From the NCBI GenBank assembly GCA_002507085.1, contig DAYW01000010.1, forward strand, positions 47,897 to 87,341: 39,445 nucleotides of DNA, given 5' to 3'. This document shows positions 8,151 to 18,151 of this stretch, one piece after another (the first letter of the stretch is position 1; each line of letters starts with the position of its first letter). Made by a program: the position numbers and the translations under genes. Origin of the DNA: an archaeon UBA168 (GTDB lineage: Archaea > Thermoproteota > Thermoprotei_A > Marsarchaeales > UBA168). The notes beneath the pieces are model-generated. The model was not told the origin of the DNA, did no database searches, and saw only the letters and a list, made by a program, of their open reading frames with translations.

Positions 8151-9413
8151 TTGGGTGAACCCTGCGACGCGGATAGGTTAAGGGTTATAATTCCGGTCGG
8201 GGGACAAGCGCTTAGGCTAAGACCCCTAACAGCTGAAGTTTCCAAGGCAGTCATCAGGCTTCTGAACCGTCCCATAGTTGAGATAGCCATGGCTAACCTT
8301 GCCCGCCAGGGCGTGAAGAACTTTATATTTGGCGTTAAGGGGTACGTGAATTATAAGAGCCTCTTTGACTACTTCGGAGATGGAAGAGGCTTCTCATCGT
8401 ATTACGCCATCGAGCCAAGAGTTCACATAAAGTACCAGCCGAGAGTTGACGACGTCGGCAACGCCGACTCCGTGAGGATCAACATGGATTATTATGACAT
8501 AACTGATCCCGTCGTCGGAGTACAAGGAGATAACATATTCGACGTTGACATAAAGGAGCTGATAAAGTTTCACGAGCAAAAGGACGCCGTGATGACCATA
8601 GGAGTGACCGCCGTCGACGACGTCTCAGAGTACGGGGTTGCAAAGCTCGACAACGACATGAGGGTGATGGGGTTTGTTGAAAAGCCCAAAAAAGAGGAAG
8701 CGCCATCGAACCTCATAAATACCGGGGTTTACTTTCTAAGCCCCAAGATAAGGGATATTTTCCAGGAGGAGCAAGTCAAAAGCATGATAAAGGCCGGGCG
8801 TTTGGACTTCGGCCTTGACTTCATACCGTATTTGCTGAAGAGGGATTACCCGATCTACGCTTATCCTATCAGAGGCCAGTGGTACGACATAGGAAGCCCA
8901 AACAAGTACTTGGAAACGATGCAGAAGCTTCTCAAGGTTGAGGAACCCTGGCTTCCAAAAGGGAACCGGATTGAGGCCGGTGCATCCGTTTGGGTGCAGG
9001 GAGAAAGTATGGAATCCCTAAAAAGGGCGAGGGAAATCGAGGAAAAAATAAGGACAGGGAAGATCAAGGTTGAGGGATCCGTGTTAATAGGCAGGCACTG
9101 CTCCATAGGTGACAACGTTTACATCAAGGACTCGTCCATAGACAACTACACCATAATAGGAGACGGATCCGTGATAGAGAACTCAGCGATAATGGACAGG
9201 GTGTTCATCGGCAAGGCGGCGGAAATCCGCGACAGCATCGTGGGAAGGCATGCGGAAATACTCTCCTCCGAGACGGCGCAAACGAAGATAATGGGCGTTA
9301 GCGTGATCGCAGACGACGTAAGAGTGGGAGAGGGGGTTAACCTGATAGCCACAAAGATATATCCACATGAGACGATTCCGCCGAAGCGCATAATGGTTGA
9401 GGAAGTGGTGTAA
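8151..9413 (+). CDS. NDP-sugar synthase (sugar-1-phosphate nucleotidyltransferase with C-terminal left-handed beta-helix)
   Basis: GGQALRLRPLT, VQGDNI, YGV, FVEKP, INTGVY, WYDIG, hexapeptide repeats. Confidence 0.92.
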   Translation: MGEPCDADRLRVIIPVGGQALRLRPLTAEVSKAVIRLLNRPIVEIAMANLARQGVKNFIFGVKGYVNYKSLFDYFGDGRGFSSYYAIEPRVHIKYQPRVDDVGNADSVRINMDYYDITDPVVGVQGDNIFDVDIKELIKFHEQKDAVMTIGVTAVDDVSEYGVAKLDNDMRVMGFVEKPKKEEAPSNLINTGVYFLSPKIRDIFQEEQVKSMIKAGRLDFGLDFIPYLLKRDYPIYAYPIRGQWYDIGSPNKYLETMQKLLKVEEPWLPKGNRIEAGASVWVQGESMESLKRAREIEEKIRTGKIKVEGSVLIGRHCSIGDNVYIKDSSIDNYTIIGDGSVIENSAIMDRVFIGKAAEIRDSIVGRHAEILSSETAQTKIMGVSVIADDVRVGEGVNLIATKIYPHETIPPKRIMVEEVV

Positions 9414-9426
9414 AGAGAATAAAGGC

Positions 9427-11049
9427 TCAGCTGAAGGCGCTCGCGCTTTCTGAGCTCAGTGCCCCAGCGTGATGGGCAGCGGCTTCAAGAAAGGCCAGAT
9501 AGGGAGGGGAAGGCCTCATGGGCCTGCTGTTGAACTCCGGGTGGAACTGCGTTCCAACGAAAAACGGAAGCGACGGGTCTTCTATGGCTTCGACCCTTTT
9601 TCCCTCGTAATCAAAGGCCGAGAAAACCAGACCCGCTGCCTGAAGCGCCTCCCAGTACTTTGGATTGATCTCGTATCTATGCCTGTGCCTTTCCCTCGGG
9701 TCTCTTCCCCCGTATATGGCGAAGAGCTTCGTGCCGCTGACTAGCCTTATGTTTGACCCTCCCAGCCTCATAGTTCCGCCCATGTTCTTCAAGTTCTTCT
9801 GTTCTGGAAGCAGATCTATCACGGGATCCGGCGCGTTCGGGTCGAGCTCCGTGCTGTTCGCCCTAAGTCCCAGCCTCTCCCTAGCGAATTCCACCACCGC
9901 AAGCTGCATGCCAAAACAGATACCCAAGAAGGGAAGCTTGAGCTTCCGCGCTTCGGCTATGGAGGCTATCATGCCCTCGCTTCCCCTCTTGCCAAAGCCG
10001 GGAAGCACCATCACGCCGTTCAAATCCCGGAAACCGGAGAGGCCATTTCCCCTTTCCACTTCTTCGGCGTCTATCCAAACGAGCTCAGGTTCAAAGCCCA
10101 ATCTCGCCCCAGCGTGCTTGAGCGCCTCCACTATGCTAACGTAAGCGTCCCTAAGCTTAACGTACTTTCCAACCATTCCGATCCTGGGGCCCCTTTGCAA
10201 ACCCGTGAAGGCCAATGAAAGCTTAAGCGGAAGATCGCTTTCTCCAAGGGCCTTTAACCCGAATTGCCCCAGAATTATGTCCCTATAACCCTGCGATTGA
10301 AGCGCAAGTGGAACTTGATAAATGGATGGCATATCGGGAACCCTTATGACCCTTTCAACGGGCAGCGACGAAAACAGCGCAAGCTTAGCCCTTTCCTCGT
10401 CGCCGATGACCCTAGGCGAGCGCGCAATGAGCACATCAGGCTGTATCCCTATCTCCCTGAGGGCTTGAACTGAGTGCTGCGCGGGCTTCGTCTTGCTCTC
10501 GCCAGTGGTCTCCAAATAGGGGACGTAGGCCACGTGAACGAAAAACGCATCCTTCCCAAGCTCAAGTTTCATTTGCCGCAGCGCCTCTAAAAAGGGCAAC
10601 CCCTCTATGTCTCCGACGGTCCCCCCTACCTCAACTATGAAAAAGTCAGCGCCTGACTTCATGGCCGTCCCCCTTATCTTTTCCTTTATGTTATCTGTTA
10701 CGTGCGGGATTACCTGAACGCATTCCCCGAGGTAATCTCCTCTTCTTTCCTTTTCAATAACCTCTCTGTAAACGATTCCCGTAGTAAGGTTGTTTTCCTT
10801 ACCCATGTTCTTGTCGAGAAAGCGCTCATAAGTGCCTAGATCGAGGTCCGTTTCGCCACCGTCATCAGTTACGAAGACCTCCCCGTGGCGATAGGGGTTC
10901 ATCGTGCCTGCATCCACGTTGAGGTAAGGATCGATCTTCATCATGGATACGTTGAAGCCGGCGGATGAAAGCAACATACCAGTCGATGCGGATACAACGC
11001 CCTTGCCGAGCCCGCTCATAACGCCGCCTGTGACGAATATATACCGCAT
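9427..11049 (-). CDS. pyrG: CTP synthase
   Basis: GGVMSGLGKG, KIDPYLNVDAGTM, GGTVGDIE, KTKPAQHSV, GICFGMQ, RHRHRYE, QFHPE. Confidence 0.98.
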   Translation of the reverse strand: MRYIFVTGGVMSGLGKGVVSASTGMLLSSAGFNVSMMKIDPYLNVDAGTMNPYRHGEVFVTDDGGETDLDLGTYERFLDKNMGKENNLTTGIVYREVIEKERRGDYLGECVQVIPHVTDNIKEKIRGTAMKSGADFFIVEVGGTVGDIEGLPFLEALRQMKLELGKDAFFVHVAYVPYLETTGESKTKPAQHSVQALREIGIQPDVLIARSPRVIGDEERAKLALFSSLPVERVIRVPDMPSIYQVPLALQSQGYRDIILGQFGLKALGESDLPLKLSLAFTGLQRGPRIGMVGKYVKLRDAYVSIVEALKHAGARLGFEPELVWIDAEEVERGNGLSGFRDLNGVMVLPGFGKRGSEGMIASIAEARKLKLPFLGICFGMQLAVVEFARERLGLRANSTELDPNAPDPVIDLLPEQKNLKNMGGTMRLGGSNIRLVSGTKLFAIYGGRDPRERHRHRYEINPKYWEALQAAGLVFSAFDYEGKRVEAIEDPSLPFFVGTQFHPEFNSRPMRPSPPYLAFLEAAAHHAGALSSESASAFS

Positions 11050-11293
11050 ATACAGTTTATACTCGCGGATTTAGGCTTATCCTGCAGGACGCTTCAACCC
11101 ATTTAGTGGAGGCGCACGGCATGCTTCCTCCCCGTTTCCCTCCCCGTCTGTTCCTTTCTGCCACCATCATTCGATGGAGACCCATTGTCAAGGAGACCAT
11201 CTCTTCCAACTGGGGCGGTCGGCATTCCATCGCAGTTCGTGGCCTCAATGCGACATGCTTAAGCGCAAGAGCCTAGAAAAACTGTGAGCTTCA

Positions 11294-13690
11294 GTGACGT
11301 TGCCATCTCGCTATGACCATACCGCATCTGAGCCCAAATGGCAGAGCTATTGGTTAAGGCCGGACGTCTACGAACAGGGGTTCGCCTTTAAACCTGAATC
11401 GGGAAAGCCCATCTACGTAATAGACACGCCGCCCCCATTCACAAGCGGGGAACCCCACATGGGAACGGTGTACTTTACCATGATAGTTGACACGCTTGCA
11501 AGATACAAAAGGATGAAGGGATATTCCGTGCTTCTCCCCCAGGGATGGGACACGCACGGCCTTCCGACCGAGCTGCAGGTTCAGTACAACCTAAAGGTCA
11601 GCAAGGATAACCCAGATGCCTTCAGGCAAGCGTGCAGGGACTGGACGAAGAAGACCATAAAATCCATAAAAGACGGAATGATATCTGTAGGCTACAGGCC
11701 GGACTGGGAAAAGTACGAGTACAGCACAGATGACGATCGCTACATCAAAGCGGTCCAGCTTTCCCTGATAGACATGTTCGACAAGGGGCTCATATACAGG
11801 AAGCAATTTCCCGTGTACTGGTGTCCCCACTGCAACACGGTGGTTTCTCAGGCCGAGGTCGGCTACGTGGAAAGGGACGGATTGCTCGCATTCGTCAAGT
11901 TCAGGGCCGCTTCGCCGGACGGCAAGGACCTTCAGGTAGCCACAACGAGGCCAGAGCTGCTCTTCGCGTGCGTGGCGGTGCTTGTCCACCCATCCGATGA
12001 GAGGTATAAGGACATGGTGGGAAAGGAGGTAATTGTCCCGCTCGCAGACAGATCAGTGAAGGTAATGGCCGATGAGGCAGTTGACCCTAAGTTTGGGACT
12101 GGAGCCGTAATGGTAGCAACGTTCGGCGATGAACAAGACATAAGGTGGCAGATCAAGTATAACCTGCCGATAATCGAAGTCATCGATGAAAAGGGCACGC
12201 TAAAGAACTCCGGCGAGCTGTCAGGGCTGGGCATATCAGACGCGAGGAAGAAAGCGCTCGAACTGCTCAAGCAGAGAAACGAGTTGATTGACTTAAAGCC
12301 CTTCAGGCACAACGTCCTATCCCATACTGAAAGGCAGAACTGCATGACGCCCATCGAGTTCCTATCAAGATACCAGTTCATGGCGAAGATGGTGGACGTA
12401 AAGGATGACGTGCTAAGGGCTGCCGAGTCGATGAAGTGGCACCCTCAACTCATGTTGGACAGGGTTCGGGCTTGGCATTCTGCGCTGGAATGGGACTGGG
12501 TTATATCCAGGCAGCGCCTTTTCGGAACCCCTCTTCCCTTCTGGGTTTGTAAAGACTGCGGCGCCCTTATACCCGCCCGCCGCGAGGACCTTCCAGTTGA
12601 CCCAAGGAAGGATGCCCCGCCCACGAGCAAGTGCCCCGTCTGCGGTTCGACTAACTTAGTTGGCGTGGAGGACGTTGCAGATGGTTGGGTTGACTCGAGC
12701 ATAACCCCGCTCTTCATAACCGGGTTCTTTGACGACAAGGCGCTTTTTGAGAAGGCTTACCCAGTTGACGTTAGACAACAGGGATACGAGATAATCAGGA
12801 CGTGGTTCTGGTACAGCGCCTACAGGGGCATAGTCCTTGCTGGAAAGGCGCCCTTCAAGAGCGTGCTAGTCAACGGCATGATCTTGGCTCCGGACGGAAG
12901 ACCCATGAGCAAGTCCCGGGGAAATGCGATAAACGCCATACAGACGGCGAAAGAGCAGGGTGCGGACTCCCTGAGGTATGCCCTTCTCTCCTTAACGGTA
13001 GGTGCCGACTTCCCCTTCCACTGGGAGGCGGTTAAGAGGGGAAAAGCGCTGCTTCAGAAGCTCTGGTCCGCCTTTCGCCTAATATCCGCGTGGTCCGTGA
13101 GCCCAACGCACAGCCCTCCCTCATCAAGCTCTCCCGTTGACAATTGGATAATGAAGAGGCTTTCTGAAACGGAAAGGACATACTCCGAAGCCATGGACGA
13201 CTACAGGTTCAACGATGCCCTTGACTCGCTCGTCCAATTCTTCTGGCATGATGTGTGCGATAACTATTTGGAGATCGCGAAGCCAAGGATGAGTGGAGGA
13301 GATAAGGAATGCGCTTCGGTTTTGGGATTCACCTTTGACTCGATTCTAAGGCTGTTCTCACCCTTCCTCCCTCACATAACCGAGGAGATATATCAAGACC
13401 TCAAGTGGGGAGATAAGCTAACTGTGCACGCGCTGGAATGGCCAAATGAGCCGGCCTTTAAAGAGGACTTGGCATCCGAGGGCGCAAAGGAGGCGCAAAT
13501 AATAGCGCAGGTCAGGTCTGCAAAGGCCGCGAAGGGATTACCACTGGGACAGTGGGTCGAAAGGGCTGAGATAAGCGCCGACCTAACCGGGATCTCCAGC
13601 GTTCCCAAGCTCGAGAAGATCATAGGCGATGTCCTAAGAATTAAAAGCGTGAAGCTGCAACAGGGAAGCTTTTCGGCGACTTTCGCGTGA
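11294..13690 (+). CDS. valS: Valine--tRNA ligase (archaeal type)
   Basis: IDTPPP, HMGT (HIGH), GWDTHGLPTE, editing domain ATTRPE/GTGAVM, WDWVISRQR, PMSKSRGN. Confidence 0.96.
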   Translation: MTLPSRYDHTASEPKWQSYWLRPDVYEQGFAFKPESGKPIYVIDTPPPFTSGEPHMGTVYFTMIVDTLARYKRMKGYSVLLPQGWDTHGLPTELQVQYNLKVSKDNPDAFRQACRDWTKKTIKSIKDGMISVGYRPDWEKYEYSTDDDRYIKAVQLSLIDMFDKGLIYRKQFPVYWCPHCNTVVSQAEVGYVERDGLLAFVKFRAASPDGKDLQVATTRPELLFACVAVLVHPSDERYKDMVGKEVIVPLADRSVKVMADEAVDPKFGTGAVMVATFGDEQDIRWQIKYNLPIIEVIDEKGTLKNSGELSGLGISDARKKALELLKQRNELIDLKPFRHNVLSHTERQNCMTPIEFLSRYQFMAKMVDVKDDVLRAAESMKWHPQLMLDRVRAWHSALEWDWVISRQRLFGTPLPFWVCKDCGALIPARREDLPVDPRKDAPPTSKCPVCGSTNLVGVEDVADGWVDSSITPLFITGFFDDKALFEKAYPVDVRQQGYEIIRTWFWYSAYRGIVLAGKAPFKSVLVNGMILAPDGRPMSKSRGNAINAIQTAKEQGADSLRYALLSLTVGADFPFHWEAVKRGKALLQKLWSAFRLISAWSVSPTHSPPSSSSPVDNWIMKRLSETERTYSEAMDDYRFNDALDSLVQFFWHDVCDNYLEIAKPRMSGGDKECASVLGFTFDSILRLFSPFLPHITEEIYQDLKWGDKLTVHALEWPNEPAFKEDLASEGAKEAQIIAQVRSAKAAKGLPLGQWVERAEISADLTGISSVPKLEKIIGDVLRIKSVKLQQGSFSATFA

Positions 13691-14693
13691 TGGCCTGAGA
13701 TAACGCAACCATTATCTTTTCGAGGTCGTGAGATGGAACAGATATCGATGCAGCCCTGGCATGCCCTCCTCCTTCGAGTCCAAACTGGGCTGCCAGCGTC
13801 CTGCAAAAGGCTCCAACGTCAAACGACCCATCGCTCCTGAAGACAAGATCAGCCCACTCCTCCTTTTCCGTGGCGCAGACGCCCACGCCCTTTCCGAAGT
13901 ACTTCATCGCATAAAAGGCGGCCTTGCCCGCATAGCCAACTATTGGAGGGTTTTCCACCAAGGCGTATCCGTTAAGGGCCCTGCCATGAGATTTAACGTA
14001 GTCGTATATCTCGTATTCATGCCTCAAGCCCACCATTGCCAGCTCATCCACTCCGCGCACGTAGCCAGGCCGAACGTGCTCCGCCAAAGCCCTCGCTAGC
14101 CTTGCGGAAAAAGGCGGGTCATGCCTTTCTGAAAGCGCGTAACCGATCATCGCTGCCTCATAATAGACGGTCCTTTTGTCATGCTTAGATAGGATGTCCC
14201 TCACGGTTGGCGTATCATCCATGTAATCTCCTATGGCTCCGTAGGCTGCCAGCAGGTCGGCCTTTTCGTCGCCGTAGTACCTGAACGCTATCTCCGACGC
14301 AGACGCTGAAAGGTCGTAAAGAAACTCGGCAAACGAAAGGTCCGAGGGTTTCACGCCCACTGGCAAAGGATGATGATCTATGTAGTGTATCTTGTACTTC
14401 GACGCGAGTTCCTCCATACCATTGACGTCTCTTGGAACAGCTATGTCGGCTATAGCTATCTCCGATCCCTCGGGAATCGAGGATAAAACCCTTAACAGCT
14501 CCCTCGGCCCTGAGGTCACTATTCTCGCCCCTGGCGAAAACCTCTCAAGGATGGCGGCCGAGCACACGCCGTCCTCATCGCCGTGCACTATGAGGTAATC
14601 AAACAACTCATGTCTACTAGACTTGACGAAGCTTATAATTCTTTGTATACGCGCTGGCAGCCTTGGAAATCTTCGCTGAGAGCAATCCGACAT
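13641..14693 (-). CDS. DHH/DHHA1 family phosphoesterase (RecJ/NrnA-like)
   Basis: HGDEDG, IADIA, IDHH, GAIGD, GGGH. Start uncertain; 50-nt convergent overlap with valS. Confidence 0.88.
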   Translation of the reverse strand: MSDCSQRRFPRLPARIQRIISFVKSSRHELFDYLIVHGDEDGVCSAAILERFSPGARIVTSGPRELLRVLSSIPEGSEIAIADIAVPRDVNGMEELASKYKIHYIDHHPLPVGVKPSDLSFAEFLYDLSASASEIAFRYYGDEKADLLAAYGAIGDYMDDTPTVRDILSKHDKRTVYYEAAMIGYALSERHDPPFSARLARALAEHVRPGYVRGVDELAMVGLRHEYEIYDYVKSHGRALNGYALVENPPIVGYAGKAAFYAMKYFGKGVGVCATEKEEWADLVFRSDGSFDVGAFCRTLAAQFGLEGGGHARAASISVPSHDLEKIMVALSQAITRKSPKSFPVAASRF

Positions 14694-14744
14694 ACATGCC
14701 TTAGATCGGGCTGGCGCGAGCCAGGCGCTTTTGCACGAAAACCC

Positions 14745-14760
14745 GAGCTTCTAGAAGCTC
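14745..14760. repeat. 16-bp perfect palindrome between gatE and the DHH gene
   Basis: GAGCTTCTAGAAGCTC equals its own reverse complement. Confidence 0.8.
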
Positions 14761-14776
14761 AGCCGCGAAACAGAGC

Positions 14777-16516
14777 TTAGCGCCCATCAGAAGAGGCTGA
14801 GAGGGCCTTCTCCAGGGCCTTCTTTACCTCTTCAGATACCTTTTTCCCATCCACTTTTCCCCTTACAGACCTCATAACGTCACCCATAACGGCACCGTAT
14901 GCGCCCATCCCCTTGCTCCTTATGAGCTCGGCATCCCTTGTCATGACCTCGCCGATTATCCTTTGCAGGTCAACCCCCCCTCCTGTCAGCGAGTCCGCAA
15001 GCGCTCTTAGCTGCTCCTCATCGCTTGGCTTCCTCTCGGAAATCAGTTCTAGCAGCTTCTCCACAGCTTCCTTTGGATAGCCCCCGTCCACGAGCTTCAG
15101 AACCGACAGCAACTGCCAGTCAGCTAGGAGAGAGACCTGTACGCCCTCCCTTTCCAGCGATTTCAGCGTGCCCATGAGAACGGACGCAATGTAAGCCGGA
15201 GAAAGGCGCGTTTCATTCAAGGCTTTTTCCGCAACCAAGCGCAAAGGCGAGACGTAAAGCTCCTCCGCGGAGCTCTGATCAAGCGAGAACCGCTGCCTGA
15301 GCTCGTTTATCACGATGTAATAAGGCGGCGGGACGGGACCAAGGTCTAAGACAGGCCTTGAAAGAGGGGGCACGTCGGTTTCGGGGTACATCCTGGCGCC
15401 GCCAGGAAGAGGACGCGTGTAAATCGTCCTTGCCCCGCTAACTACCGCCCTTGTCTCCTCCGATGGCCCAGAGAGGATCTCTTTGAGGCGTTCCTCAACG
15501 AGAGAGTACTTCTTTTCAGCGCCCTCGCCAAGCTTTATGACGGCATCATCTCCCTCTCTCTCGATCGACAAAGGCAATATGAAGACCGTTTCCATGTCCT
15601 TTATTTCCTGTTCAAGCGTGCCGTTTCCAAGCGGATGAGATAAGTAGCTCGCGCCTCCCTCGATCCTTATGCTTGCCCCATCCCGCTTAACGCCATGTGC
15701 AAGCCCCGCCCTTGAGATCTCGATCAGGTCAAGCTGCCTCCTGGCCTCGCCCTCGATCACCGCCGGCATACTCCTGAGGTCTTGTACCCCCTTTATTTCG
15801 ACCCGTTTTCCTCCCCTAACGCTCACGTTTATGTCCTGCCTTATGGTGCCCAGCCCTCTCTTCACTCTACCGGTGGCCCTAAGCGTTAGTCCTATGCCCT
15901 TAGCGACCTCGGCCACCGCCTCAGGACTGGCCTCTATCACCTCGGTCCCTATCTCCACAAGCGGTATGCCCAGCCGGGATAGGCCGTAACCCACGTCCTC
16001 ATCCTTCTTCCAAAGGATGTTTGCCGCATCTTCTTCCAAGTTTATGCCCTCTAGGCTCACCCTGAGCTCGCCATCAACGGTGGCAGAGTCTATGTACCCT
16101 CCCTTAGATATCATTATGGTCCTTTGAAAGGCCCCGGTGTTGCTTCCATCGGTTATGGTCTTTCTCATGACGTGAAACTCGTCGAAAACCCATGAGTGAA
16201 AATAGTGGGCGACTAAAAGCGCGGCACTTAAGGCATCCTGGTTTATGCCGTGGGGAGGTTCTTCATCGAGCTCCACGAGGCAGCTCTCACCGGCCACAAC
16301 GGAGTAATGGAACCTTCTGTTTCTCAGCTCTTCATAAGTAGCGCTCACGTCGTAGTAGCCTAGCTCGCTCGGAACCGGGTGCTGCTTCCTCACAACTTCC
16401 ATTATCTCCGGCTCTCCCTTCATATCTGATGAGCATCCGCAGAACAACTTCCCACTTTCAAGCTGCTGATGGATCTCTATGCCGACCTTTAGGCCGACCG
16501 CTTTCCAGTCAATCAT
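14777..16516 (-). CDS. gatE: Glu-tRNA(Gln) amidotransferase subunit E
   Basis: GLKVGIEIHQQL, DEEPPH, MRKTITDGSNTGAFQRT, LEEDAA, RLGIPLVEI, GLGTIRQD, RPLPGGARMYPETD, C-terminal YqeY-like tail. Confidence 0.96.
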   Translation of the reverse strand: MIDWKAVGLKVGIEIHQQLESGKLFCGCSSDMKGEPEIMEVVRKQHPVPSELGYYDVSATYEELRNRRFHYSVVAGESCLVELDEEPPHGINQDALSAALLVAHYFHSWVFDEFHVMRKTITDGSNTGAFQRTIMISKGGYIDSATVDGELRVSLEGINLEEDAANILWKKDEDVGYGLSRLGIPLVEIGTEVIEASPEAVAEVAKGIGLTLRATGRVKRGLGTIRQDINVSVRGGKRVEIKGVQDLRSMPAVIEGEARRQLDLIEISRAGLAHGVKRDGASIRIEGGASYLSHPLGNGTLEQEIKDMETVFILPLSIEREGDDAVIKLGEGAEKKYSLVEERLKEILSGPSEETRAVVSGARTIYTRPLPGGARMYPETDVPPLSRPVLDLGPVPPPYYIVINELRQRFSLDQSSAEELYVSPLRLVAEKALNETRLSPAYIASVLMGTLKSLEREGVQVSLLADWQLLSVLKLVDGGYPKEAVEKLLELISERKPSDEEQLRALADSLTGGGVDLQRIIGEVMTRDAELIRSKGMGAYGAVMGDVMRSVRGKVDGKKVSEEVKKALEKALSASSDGR

Positions 16517-16553
16517 AGTTGATCCACGCGCTCCACTTATGAAACTTTGGGTC

Positions 16554-17927
16554 TCACGTCGATCGGTAGAGAAAGGCCCTCGGGTCAGAGGTCGAGCTTA
16601 TCTCTCCAACCATGTCCGTCTCCATCATGCGCTTAACTTCCTTCATGTCTTTCGTGTGCCCAAGCACGAACATAAGCTTCACTAAGGCCGCTTCAGGAGT
16701 CCAGTCGCACTGATCCCCTATAACGCCTGCCTCCTTGAGAAGCCTTCCAGCTGCATAGACGTTCATGTTCACCCTACCGTATATGGTCTGAGGAGCCATC
16801 ACCACAGGTATCCCTGAGCTTATCAGCGACCTTATGGACGGAAGTACGCTCCTAGCCAGCGGATCGTTTCCGGGATTGGTTGGGGCGTGGCCTAAACCAG
16901 TGCCAGCTAGCACAACGCCGTCGTAATACTTTGAGAGGGAATCGATGAATTCTGGGTTTATCCCCGGGTGGACGTAAATTAGCGCGACCTTATCATCCAG
17001 CCGAAGGTCGAGCTTCGGTTTGCCTCCACTTCTCTTGGGATAATCCCTTATGCGCTCGATTATTGGCGCACTGGCATCCCCCTTCCAGCGAACCCGCGCG
17101 TAGGGCAAGACGTTTATGCTTCTAAAGGCATCCCTGCGAGAAGTGTGCATTTTTCTAACTTTCACTCCCTGGTGAACTAGGCAGTAATCGTCTGACATGC
17201 TACCGTGCATCACCACAACCACACCAGCCATGTCGCTCGCGGCAACCGCCACCGAGCACTCCAGGTTCATCACGTTATCGCTTGATCCCCTATCGCTGCT
17301 CCTTTGGGCTCCAACCAGGGCTACTGGCACCCCTAAGCCCTGAAGCATGAAGCTCAGGGCAGAGGCCGTGTAGTGAAGCGTGTCCGTGCCATGCGTTATG
17401 ACAACGCCATCCGCCCCGTCGGTTATCTCGTTGTAAACTGTTTGAGCCAAGAGCTTCCAGTGAGATGGGCTCATGTCCTCGGAGAGTATGTTGAGCAAGG
17501 GAACGCTCCTTACGTTGGCAAGCTGCATTATGCCGGGAAATATAGCCGATAGCTCCTTCGCCGTAAGCGCAGGAAAAACCGCTCCCGTGTTGTAGTCAAT
17601 CCTCGAAGAGATTGTGCCTCCCGCGCTTACTATAGTTACGTTTCTAAGGCCCTTTTTCGGAGCTTCCCTGGATTCCTCTCCCGAGCTGATCTTAGGCTCC
17701 GCTCCCTTGCTTATCAGATCTATTTGCGCGCCATCGGGAAGAACGCCCACGTTGTATCCGTTGTCCAGCTTTACGACGAGCGCCCTGCCGCCCAAAAGGG
17801 CGGGCCTCGGCATCAATATACCCTCAATAATTTGACCATCCTTCCTTATCCTTACCCGATCCCAAACGGAAACGCCAGCAGAGCGCAGCAGCTGCACTAC
17901 GTCCTCGGGATATCCCCCCACGCTCAA
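16554..17927 (-). CDS. gatD: Glu-tRNA(Gln) amidotransferase subunit D
   Basis: KLDNGYNVG, GGTISSRIDY, HGTDT, GAQRSSDRGSSD, RKMHTSRRDAF, GTGLGH. Confidence 0.97.
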   Translation of the reverse strand: MSVGGYPEDVVQLLRSAGVSVWDRVRIRKDGQIIEGILMPRPALLGGRALVVKLDNGYNVGVLPDGAQIDLISKGAEPKISSGEESREAPKKGLRNVTIVSAGGTISSRIDYNTGAVFPALTAKELSAIFPGIMQLANVRSVPLLNILSEDMSPSHWKLLAQTVYNEITDGADGVVITHGTDTLHYTASALSFMLQGLGVPVALVGAQRSSDRGSSDNVMNLECSVAVAASDMAGVVVVMHGSMSDDYCLVHQGVKVRKMHTSRRDAFRSINVLPYARVRWKGDASAPIIERIRDYPKRSGGKPKLDLRLDDKVALIYVHPGINPEFIDSLSKYYDGVVLAGTGLGHAPTNPGNDPLARSVLPSIRSLISSGIPVVMAPQTIYGRVNMNVYAAGRLLKEAGVIGDQCDWTPEAALVKLMFVLGHTKDMKEVKRMMETDMVGEISSTSDPRAFLYRST

Positions 17928-17939
17928 AACAATCGCCGT

Positions 17940-18092
17940 TCAGCGGCTTTTTTCCTGGGAATACACAAAGCGCTTAAGGTACTTAACCCGATTCTTAAGC
18001 CTAGGAACGGGATCGCGATGGGGCATCCTTTCTACTTTTGGAGTTGCCTGCCTAACCTTACCTGCCTTAGTTACTGAACCGTGACTTGGCAT
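17940..18092 (-). CDS. rps30e: 30S ribosomal protein S30e (eS30), 50 aa
   Basis: Below the ORF-track cutoff. Manual translation MPSHGSVTKAGKVRQATPKVERMPHRDPVPRLKNRVKYLKRFVYSQEKSR matches the eS30 signature HGSxxKAGKVRxxTPK. Confidence 0.96.
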   Translation of the reverse strand: MPSHGSVTKAGKVRQATPKVERMPHRDPVPRLKNRVKYLKRFVYSQEKSR

Positions 18093-18151
18093 TTGTATCA
18101 GTCAAGCGACCAAATTTAAGCGTTGCTCAGCGGATTGCCAGCCCCAAGCAC

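Noticed and set aside
11050-11293. RNase P RNA, SRP RNA or fluoride riboswitch
   Set aside because: GAGGAAG/GGAAAC-like words occur, but the P4 partner, SRP helix 8 and the crcB consensus could not be built.
13641-13690. Convergent valS/DHH overlap as antisense regulation
   Set aside because: Short 3' overlaps are common in compact archaeal genomes, and there is no further evidence.
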